In this document: one piece after another, positions 1 to 6,527 of the stretch | Numbering within the stretch: the first letter of the stretch is position 1 | Layout of the letters: each line of letters starts with the position of its first letter | Assembly (NCBI GenBank): GCA_036479435.1 | Contig: JAZGFI010000264.1 | Coordinates: 1 to 16,223 of the forward strand | Direction of reading: 5' to 3' | Origin: Planctomycetota bacterium | GTDB taxonomy: Bacteria > Planctomycetota > GCA-002687715 > DRQF01 | Length of the DNA stretch: 16,223 nt | Notes under the pieces: model-generated | Database searches by the model: none | What the model was told of the DNA's origin: nothing | The model's input: the letters and a program-made list of their open reading frames with translations, nothing else | Translations under genes and position numbers: made by a program

Positions 1-2
1 AC

Positions 3-1274
3 CTCCGGCGGTTAAAGGCAGAACTCGGCCAGCGAGCGCAGCCCGCCGGAAACGCCGCCGGCGATCGCCCGCAAGACGCTGCCTTAAGGGCGGCGCGGAG
101 GCAGGTGGGAGAGCTGGTCGACTCAGCGCAGGCCTTACGAAATCAGCGCGCCGAAAGTGGACTGAGCGAAAGCGACAAAGCCGAGATCGACCAACAAGGT
201 TTGCTGGCGGAGTATCGCCTGCGAGAGACGCGGCTCAGGGTCGCGCGACTTGAGCGCTGGAATTTTGAGCGGCCGGATGATGCCTGGGCGTATCGAATGG
301 TCGAACAACTTGTCGTTGATTTGGAGAGTTTGGCTGATCCGCAAACCGGCCTCATCGCAGGTAGTTCCGCGCGCTTCGGAATTGGTGTCAAACGGCGCTT
401 GGCGATCGCTGAGCGGATTGTGTCCGACTCCGTTACGGCGCATGTGGAACTTTGGAAAAAACGCGCGGCAGCGGTTTCGGAATCGAAGCACTACACCGGC
501 TTGGCCTTGAAACCGCAAGTCGGCTTGGTCCCTTTGGGTCCCGATCCCGTGACTGGGTTGGAGGAGTTTGCCCACGTCGAGTCGGGAAGTTTGGCGCGCC
601 GCGGTGACGATGGCCGCTTGGTTTTTGAAGATGGTACCGGGATGGTGTTTGTCCTGATTCCCGAAAGCCGTCTATCTAAGCGCGGACTCTCAACGCCTCC
701 CTTCGTGGTGGTTGAGCCGTTTTTCATCGCGAAGTACGAGACGACGCAAGGTCAGTGGCAGCAAGTCAGCGGGCAGAATCCGAGTACCTACCAAGCCGGT
801 CTTTCACCGCAAGTCGGAGGCGGGGAGAACACCACTCTTAGCTTGAAGAGTCCCGTAGAGAGTATTTCGGCCCGCGACATGGAGGAGTTTCTGCGCCGGC
901 TGGGCCTCAACTTACCAACCGAAGCTCAGTGGGAATGTGCGATCGGGGCACCCGATGCGGCGGGCAGCCACCGGGTCGGCAAGATCCAACAGCCGCACCT
1001 TCCGGTAACCGAGACGGCGATGAGCGCCCGTGGAGTCCATGGTTTGATGGGCAACGTTTCCGAGGTCTGTAGGGACCCCTTCGCTGCAACCATCATCCCG
1101 CAACGCCCCGGTGATGGCCTCCGCCTCGCCGTCTTAAGCGATGCCCTGACGATGCGCGGCTTGGGCCTCCTCGAAGGAGACCCCAAGCTGGGCTCCAAAA
1201 TCCGCCTTCCCGCCCCCCTCGAATTCCGAGACCCTCGCCTAGGTTTCCGCGCCGCCCGAAAACTCGCCCCCTAA
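3..1274 (+). CDS. FGE-sulfatase (SUMF1/EgtB/PvdO-like) domain protein, C-terminal part; 5' end lies outside the window (possibly a Ser/Thr kinase-FGE fusion)
   Basis: The frame of the 105..1274 ORF is open back to position 3 (LRRLKAELGQRAQPAGNAAGDRPQDAALRAARRQVGELV...), so the GTG at 105 is probably not the real start. FGE-domain motifs are present: PFFIAKYETTQGQW, NPS, PVESIS, LPTEAQWE.A, HGLMGNVSEVCRD and LGFR.AR. The kinase fusion is inferred from the common architecture of such proteins and is not visible in the window. Confidence 0.8.
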   Translation, partial: LRRLKAELGQRAQPAGNAAGDRPQDAALRAARRQVGELVDSAQALRNQRAESGLSESDKAEIDQQGLLAEYRLRETRLRVARLERWNFERPDDAWAYRMVEQLVVDLESLADPQTGLIAGSSARFGIGVKRRLAIAERIVSDSVTAHVELWKKRAAAVSESKHYTGLALKPQVGLVPLGPDPVTGLEEFAHVESGSLARRGDDGRLVFEDGTGMVFVLIPESRLSKRGLSTPPFVVVEPFFIAKYETTQGQWQQVSGQNPSTYQAGLSPQVGGGENTTLSLKSPVESISARDMEEFLRRLGLNLPTEAQWECAIGAPDAAGSHRVGKIQQPHLPVTETAMSARGVHGLMGNVSEVCRDPFAATIIPQRPGDGLRLAVLSDALTMRGLGLLEGDPKLGSKIRLPAPLEFRDPRLGFRAARKLAP

Positions 1275-1320
1275 CCCAAACCCGTACGTTTTGCGTCAGA
1301 CGATTTTCACTACCCTTTCG

Positions 1321-1767
1321 TTAGTCCCCATTCCACAAGACTTCATTGACAACGTTCTCAAGCGCTTCTTGTTGGCCGGAGTTTGGGTGGGGACCAAGGT
1401 TGCGCTGGAGCACGAAAATCTCCATCTCGTCGAGGCTTAGGCTCCCGGCGAGAATTCTGGTGCCGAGTTGTCTTTTCCATCCGGAGTAAGGTCTATCGAC
1501 GGCGGCGGGGCGGCGGCCTTCAATAAAGACAGATCCAGGGTGTCGATGCCGCCGATGTGGTCATGAAACAAGTCCACCGGGTCGATGCTTTAGCCATGGG
1601 CGTCGAAACGTCGCTTCACCGAAGGTGTCGCTTCCCGGCCAGACGAAACTGTGCCACTAGCAAACGGCAATGCGCAGATGATCGTCCATGCGGCGGCCCA
1701 GGACTTCGCGGGCCGGCTCGTACCAGCGATAAGAAGCTGGAGCGATGTTGTCAAAGTACTCAGTCAT
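1321..1767 (-). pseudogene. xylA: Xylose isomerase (class II) pseudogene with large internal deletions, a nonsense codon and two frameshifts
   Basis: Manual minus-strand translation: ATG at 1767 gives [57 protein letters not shown] (XylA N-terminus; TAG at 1659-1657 replaces the Tyr of CYWH). A shifted frame then reads [27 protein letters not shown]. The original frame resumes with VDRPYSGWKRQLGTRILAGSLSLDEMEIFVLQRNLGPHPNSGQQEALENVVNEVLWNGD* (TAA 1323-1321). These match, from recall, E. coli XylA ...[21 protein letters not shown]...FNRPW, ...[23 protein letters not shown] and ...RYSGWNSELGQQILKG...SGRQEQLENLVN. Confidence 0.92.
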
Positions 1768-1887
1768 GGTGCGGGTAGCTCTCAGATCGTGTCCAAGGAG
1801 AACAGCGGGCTGGCGCTTGACCGTGACGGGCGAGCCCCTATTGTCGAGCAGCAACAGAATAGCAGCAAGGAGCAGAGTTAGGCGGAC

Positions 1888-2916
1888 ATGGCGATGGATG
1901 CGAACGAGATTCTCAAGAGATTGGCGACCTTGCATCTTGAGTTGGCGAACGAAATTGCGTCAGAAGCTGGCCGTTGTTCGAGTTCTGAGCTCAGTGCCGT
2001 CGCATTCGACGGCGAAGGCGACACTATTTATTTCCTCGACCGCATCGGCGAGGACCGGCTCATCGATGCCTTGTCGGATCTGGCGGCAAAGGAACCGATC
2101 CTGCTAGTAGCTGAGGGGATCAGCGGCGGTGAGTTGGTGCTACCGCGCGGTGCGGACCGTGATGGAGTGCGTTGGCGCATCATCATGGACCCCATCGATG
2201 GAACCAGAGGTTTGATGTACCAAAAACGCCCCGCTTGGATCTTGAGCGCCATCGCCCCCGAGCGCGGAGAGGAGACGCGCCTGTCTCATATCGTCGCTGC
2301 GGTGCAGACTGAGATTCCGCTGCACAAGCAATTTTGCTTCGACCAGATCGTCGGCGATGCGCAGGGTGGGCTGGTGAGTCGGCGTCATGTGCGCCGCGAG
2401 TATTGCGATGTCATCGACGTCGACCCCTTGAGCTGCTCGCTGAAACCGTCTCGAGCGACGGGTCTTGAGCACGGCTTTGCGCAGATATCTCGTTTCATTC
2501 CGGGCGGGCGCGACATCCTCGCGAGTCTCGATGAGGAACTCATCGAAGCGGTCGTTGGGCCCCCGGTGGCGGGCAAGGCTTTGGTTTTCGAGGATCAGTA
2601 CCTCTCGACTGGCGGTCAACTTTACGAGCTCATGATGGGTCACGACCGCTTTATCGCCGACCTTCGCCCGCTCCTGGCCGGTCCCCTGGCGGAGCGGGGT
2701 CAAGCCCACAGCTTGTGCTGTAAGCCCTATGACCTTTGCACTGCGGTCTTGGCGCAGCGCGCCGGCGTCATCATCAGCGATGCCCGAGGTCAGAAACTCG
2801 ATGGACCCCTCGATGTGCGCGCCGATCTCGCTTGGGTGGGATATGCAAACGCAAGTCTCCGGGCGAAGATCGAGCCGGTTTTGATTTCGATTCTCTCTCG
2901 TCGTGGACTCATCTGA
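1888..2916 (+). CDS. Inositol monophosphatase (FIG superfamily) family protein, divergent subfamily
   Basis: 342-aa ORF with the hallmark WRIIMDPIDGT motif. Upstream GDTIYFLDRIGED and LVAEG segments correspond to the D..E and EE metal-site regions. C-terminal PYDLCTAVLAQRAGVIISDARG is equivalent to WDxAAG..i..EAGG..tD..G. An alternative ATG lies at 1894. Confidence 0.85.
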   Translation: MAMDANEILKRLATLHLELANEIASEAGRCSSSELSAVAFDGEGDTIYFLDRIGEDRLIDALSDLAAKEPILLVAEGISGGELVLPRGADRDGVRWRIIMDPIDGTRGLMYQKRPAWILSAIAPERGEETRLSHIVAAVQTEIPLHKQFCFDQIVGDAQGGLVSRRHVRREYCDVIDVDPLSCSLKPSRATGLEHGFAQISRFIPGGRDILASLDEELIEAVVGPPVAGKALVFEDQYLSTGGQLYELMMGHDRFIADLRPLLAGPLAERGQAHSLCCKPYDLCTAVLAQRAGVIISDARGQKLDGPLDVRADLAWVGYANASLRAKIEPVLISILSRRGLI

Positions 2917-3052
2917 GTGGCAGCGCCGTGGAGCTCCAACCCAACTAATGACCTAGGCTAAAAGGGCTTGAGCCTGTCGCGAATTCCCGCCCAGGTCTCA
3001 CGATCTGGTTCGTCCCTTCGGGGTTAGCACTCGCCCAATCGGCGATCCGAAA

Positions 3053-3070
3053 GCCAAGCTTCGACTTGGC
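3053..3070 (-). terminator. Possible weak intrinsic terminator hairpin for the minus-strand operon
   Basis: On the minus strand GCCAAG-TCGAAG-CTTGGC is followed by TTT, about 45 nt after the stop of 3115..3921. The stem is 6 bp and the U-tract is short. Confidence 0.25.
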
Positions 3071-3114
3071 GGCGTTGTGCGCGGTTGACACGGCGGAGCT
3101 GCTGGGCGCCGGCC

Positions 3115-3921
3115 TTAGAAGCGGCTGATGCGTGTGCCTTTTGCATGGCGCAGAGTTTTCGCCGCGTTATCGCGACGGTCCGCGGCCATGCACTCCGAAA
3201 CTAGAACCTGGATGGAGACGCGGTTGCCCAAGGGGCTCGGCCTTCCGCTACCGTCTTTAGAACGCAGCTCGAGGGTTACGGCGTAGTAGTTGTTGGGACG
3301 GTAAGATTTTAAGTGTTTGGCGTGCCGCGCCAGGGTTGCGAGAACGGTATTGATGTTGTGATCGATCGCCTCTGAGCTGAACTCCCAGCGGTTTTTGGAG
3401 ATGCGGCTACGGAGCCAAGTTGCGCCCTCAACTTCAGACGAGGACTCTTCCCACAGATATTTGTCCGTTTTGGGATCGGGATCGACTTCGTAGCGCGGCA
3501 GACGCAAACGCAGGCTGACCACCGTGCCATAACTGGGGAGCACCTGGCTGTTGGTCATCGAAGTCGCAAAGTGCAAGTTGTTGCCAGTTGCGCTGAGGGA
3601 ACCTCCGAATGCGCCAGCGGCAAGGAAGTACTGATCGAGTTCTGAAGTCGGTGCAAGGTCTTTCGAGCTGGGGCGCGAACTCGTCTTTGAACGGCCCAAG
3701 TTTTTGCCTTGAAGCTTGCGGTTCGTCACATTGAGCGCCTTAGTCAGGACTCGTCGCATGATGCGGGATTCTCGCGACATCGACCGATGCCGTTCGGCGC
3801 CATCCTTGTCGTCGATTGAGACCTTCGTTGAGTTGTCAGCCTTGAGTGCCTGGTTGGTCGGCGTGAAGGCCGTCGCCACCGAAAAGGCGCCAACGATCAT
3901 AGCCATTGTGATGAGCTTCAT
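3115..3921 (-). CDS. Exported hypothetical protein, third gene of the ECF/anti-sigma operon
   Basis: 268-aa ORF with a Sec-type signal peptide (MKLITMAMIVGAFSVATA). An AGGAG RBS lies upstream, and there is an ATGA start/stop overlap with the anti-sigma gene at 3918-3921. No domain recognised. Confidence 0.8.
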   Translation of the reverse strand: MKLITMAMIVGAFSVATAFTPTNQALKADNSTKVSIDDKDGAERHRSMSRESRIMRRVLTKALNVTNRKLQGKNLGRSKTSSRPSSKDLAPTSELDQYFLAAGAFGGSLSATGNNLHFATSMTNSQVLPSYGTVVSLRLRLPRYEVDPDPKTDKYLWEESSSEVEGATWLRSRISKNRWEFSSEAIDHNINTVLATLARHAKHLKSYRPNNYYAVTLELRSKDGSGRPSPLGNRVSIQVLVSECMAADRRDNAAKTLRHAKGTRISRF

Positions 3922-4682
3922 CTTTCTTCTCCTGGAAAGTCACTGATTTGGTGCAAATTGTCGTCGAGGGCTCTCGACACCATGAGCGCCGCTGCATGAC
4001 GGGCCCGTGTTTCTCCGGTCTCGACGTAGTGGCCGAGCATTCTTGACAAGGTTTCTCGATCGCGGCGCATAGAGTTTTCGAAGCGCAAGGCGAGGTTGAC
4101 CAGGCGTGCTTCCTGGCGCTCTTCGGAGTGATTGAAGTCCTCTTCAATCGTCCGGAACAACTCGTAAGACCTGAGTTCCTGACGGTCTTCAATAAATTCA
4201 ACCAAAGTGCGGAGGTCATTTTTGGTGATGGGAGCCGTGATAGTGGGCTGGATTGGCCCCGCGACATCACCAAAGCTAAGAACGAAGCCCTGCTCTCGGT
4301 GTTCCCAGCTGGCGCCGAATCCACAGAGTGCGATGAAGCCGATCAGACCCGCGGCAAGACCGACGAGAGCCGGCTTCCACCAAGTCCAGGCCGACTTCGC
4401 CGGCGGCGGAGGATTCAATTCGCTGAGAATCGTGGCTGTCGGTGAAGGACTCGTCGTCCATTGGTCTAAGGTGCTCGTCAATTGACGGAGCGCATTCGAT
4501 TCTTCGTCGCAAAAGGCACAAGCCTGCACATGGGCCTTCACACTCTCGGCTTCCTCTTGTCCCAGCTCGCCGTAGTACCAGGCGACCAAGTCCTCGTTGG
4601 CAAGCCCGCATTCAGGCGTTTTGAACTCAGAAAAATCGTCGGGTGAACGAAAAGAAGAGCTATCACGATGGTTGTTGGTCAT
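3918..4682 (-). CDS. Zinc-binding (ZAS/zf-HC2) transmembrane anti-sigma factor
   Basis: N-terminal C...LVAWYYGEL...HVQACAFC (HxxxCxxC), a Pro-rich linker, one hydrophobic helix (WWKPALVGLAAGLIGFIALCGFG) and a helical C-terminal domain. ATGA overlap with the sigma gene at 4679-4682. Confidence 0.88.
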   Translation of the reverse strand: MTNNHRDSSSFRSPDDFSEFKTPECGLANEDLVAWYYGELGQEEAESVKAHVQACAFCDEESNALRQLTSTLDQWTTSPSPTATILSELNPPPPAKSAWTWWKPALVGLAAGLIGFIALCGFGASWEHREQGFVLSFGDVAGPIQPTITAPITKNDLRTLVEFIEDRQELRSYELFRTIEEDFNHSEERQEARLVNLALRFENSMRRDRETLSRMLGHYVETGETRARHAAALMVSRALDDNLHQISDFPGEER

Positions 4683-5035
4683 CTCGTTTGGTCCAGGGGC
4701 GCCAAGGGGATCTTGAGTCGGGCGAGCCCGCGAGCCATTCGTGACTTCACGGTTGAATTGGGTACTTCGAGAACGGCGGCGATCTCGGCGAAGCTCAGGT
4801 CGCCGTAGTGCCTAAGGACGACAACTTGTCGTTCGTCTTCCGGCAGATCCGAGACCGCCCGCGCGACTTTGAGCGACGTCTCACGTTTTGAAACGCGCTC
4901 GGCCGTTGAGGCGTGAACGGGGAGAAGAGCATCGCAGTCGCCGAGGGAAATCTCGGGCCGCCGGGCTCGTCTTCGCATCCGATCGCGGCCGCGGATATTT
5001 TGGGCCCGTGCGCCGAATTGTGCCAGAATGTTCAA
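4679..5035 (-). pseudogene. ECF sigma-70 factor, 5'-truncated (end of region 2 plus region 4 only)
   Basis: Clear sigma4 domain: VARAVSDLPEDERQVVVLRHYGDLSFAEIAAVLEVPNSTVKSRMARGLARLK. It is preceded by RDRMRRRARRPE, which is the tail of region 2.4. No region 2.1-2.3 (DLxQExF, WL..IA.N) was seen. Sigma similarity ends near 4990, and upstream lies the start of the divergent hydrolase gene. In-frame starts are TTG 5035 and ATG 4978. Confidence 0.75.
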
Positions 5036-5053
5036 AATCGACTGGAGATGAGT

Positions 5054-6421
5054 ATGCGTCCCTTGGCCACCCTGTTTTTTGCCTGCCTGATGTCGCTTCC
5101 CTTGTTCGCCCAGGACATCGTCAAGATTCCCTTGGGCAAGGACGAGGCCCTAGAGGTTTTTGTCTTAGAGCCCTACCGTGGGCGTGGATTGCAGACCATC
5201 GACCTGCCCCTGTTTCTGGCCCTTCCTCCCGGAGGTCAAGACTTGAAGATGGCTCGCTACGCCGTCGATGGCTTGGGCAAGGCCGCGGCAGCCCGGGGTT
5301 ACCTCGCGGTTGTTCCGGTGGCGCGCGACAAGATTTTCTTCAAGGGTGGCGAAAAGGACTTGCCCGCCTTGTTCACATGGCTCGAAAAAAAGTACCGGAT
5401 CGACGCGAGCCGGTCCTTGGTCGCCGGGATTTCGAACGGTGGTCGCTCCGCCTTCCACATCGCTGGCATGTGGCCGAAGAGATTCGCCGGTATTGGCGCG
5501 GCGCCGGGCGTCATTGTCAAGGGAAGTGTCACCAAGCCGCTCGAGGGCAAGCCAGCTTGGATGCGCGTCGGGGAAAAAGACAACGACCGTTGGACCAAAG
5601 GCGGCGAGAAAACGGCGGCGACCCTCAAAGAGATGGGCAACGCCGTCTCTTACGAAGTCGTCAAAGGGATGGGCCACAACGTCGCTTTTGACGCCGACGA
5701 GATGCTGAACTGGCTCGAGTCCCGCGTGGGAAAATTCGAGAGGGTGAAGATCAAGGCTCCAGACGATCTTGAGATCACCGGAGAGCTCTACGCCACTGGT
5801 GACAAGAAGAAATCCATCATCCTTTTCTGCCACCAGGCCGGCAGTTCGCGCGGTGAGTATCGAACTATCGCCAAAAAACTGCTTGGCCTTGGCTACAACG
5901 GTCTGGCTATCGATCAGCGATCCGGACGTGGAGGCGCCAGTTTTTCGCACGGCGTCAGCAATGAAACCGCCAAGCGCCACGGCAAGAAGGTGACCTATTT
6001 GGACGCTAAGCCCGACATCGAGGCGGCCCTCGATTGGCTTACGAAAAAGGGATACACCGGACCCCGCGTCCTGTGGGGATCTTCTTACTCATCGGCACTC
6101 GCCCTCGTCTTGGGGCCAGAACGCGACGACGTCGATGTGGTTTGCGCCTTTGCTCCGGGTGAGTATCTAGCGCCCGACCGCGGCATGGTGGGGCGGAGCG
6201 CGGGCAAGCTAAGCAAGCCCACTCTGATCGTGTCTCCGGAGGGTGAACGCGCTCGGGCCGAACCCCTGTTCAAAGCGCTCACGGGCAAGCACAAGCATTT
6301 CGAGATCAGTGAGGAGATTCTCCACGGCTCGCGGACGCTGTTTTTGGGCGAATCTCGCGACGCTCTGTGGAAAGTCGTTGAGGGCTTCTTGGCGAAAGCG
6401 ACGGCCGCCGTCAAAAAGTAG
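5054..6421 (+). CDS. Exported protein with two tandem alpha/beta-hydrolase domains (esterase-like plus dienelactone hydrolase/Hydrolase_4-like)
   Basis: GGAG at 5044-5047 lies 6 nt before ATG 5054, which is followed by a signal peptide MRPLATLFFACLMSLPLFA|QD. The GTG start at 4913 in the track is therefore unlikely. Domain 1: GISNGG (5426-5443), VGEKD, GMGH. Domain 2: HQAGSSRGEY, AIDQRSG, WGSSYSS (GSSYSS at 6077-6094), LHGS. Confidence 0.88.
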   Translation: MRPLATLFFACLMSLPLFAQDIVKIPLGKDEALEVFVLEPYRGRGLQTIDLPLFLALPPGGQDLKMARYAVDGLGKAAAARGYLAVVPVARDKIFFKGGEKDLPALFTWLEKKYRIDASRSLVAGISNGGRSAFHIAGMWPKRFAGIGAAPGVIVKGSVTKPLEGKPAWMRVGEKDNDRWTKGGEKTAATLKEMGNAVSYEVVKGMGHNVAFDADEMLNWLESRVGKFERVKIKAPDDLEITGELYATGDKKKSIILFCHQAGSSRGEYRTIAKKLLGLGYNGLAIDQRSGRGGASFSHGVSNETAKRHGKKVTYLDAKPDIEAALDWLTKKGYTGPRVLWGSSYSSALALVLGPERDDVDVVCAFAPGEYLAPDRGMVGRSAGKLSKPTLIVSPEGERARAEPLFKALTGKHKHFEISEEILHGSRTLFLGESRDALWKVVEGFLAKATAAVKK

Positions 6422-6527
6422 GAGAGCTAGGCTCCAACCCGCTCCGCTTTGACGAAAAGTCCAAAAATCGAACAAGGTTCAGGCATTCGCCTCGTCCCAG
6501 CTCCCGAGCGGAGGGGAAGGAGACAGA

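Noticed and set aside
1557..2107. Short ORFs 1557..1778+, 1651..1881+, 1745..2107+ and 1657..1935-
   Set aside because: These are shadows of the xylA pseudogene and the IMPase gene. The 1657..1935 ORF is the xylA 5' fragment with a spurious upstream extension.
3024..3032. TTAGCACTC, a perfect left arm of a CIRCE (HrcA) operator
   Set aside because: The right arm GAGTGCTAA is absent 9 nt downstream (GCGATCCGA is found instead), and the site lies between two gene 3' ends.
5010..5026. Minus-strand TGGCAC resembling a sigma-54 -24 element upstream of the sigma remnant
   Set aside because: There is no TTGC/GC at the required -12 spacing.
4913..5053. 47-codon N-terminal extension of the hydrolase from GTG 4913
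   Set aside because: It overlaps the sigma remnant antisense; the RBS and signal peptide point to ATG 5054.
4888..5980. Long alternative ORFs 4888..5691+ (267 aa) and 5165..5980- (271 aa)
   Set aside because: They overlap the well-supported hydrolase, show no motifs, and are the expected off-frame or antisense shadows in GC-rich DNA.
2933..6440. GCTCCAACCC found shortly after the stop codons of both the IMPase gene (2933) and the hydrolase gene (6431)
   Set aside because: Only 10 bp, two copies and unrelated flanks, which is compatible with chance.
6470..6480. GAAC-AAG-GTTC inverted repeat upstream of the secretin, resembling a Gram-positive LexA box
   Set aside because: The spacer is 3 nt rather than the 4 nt of GAAC-N4-GTTC, and no such box was seen upstream of uvrA.
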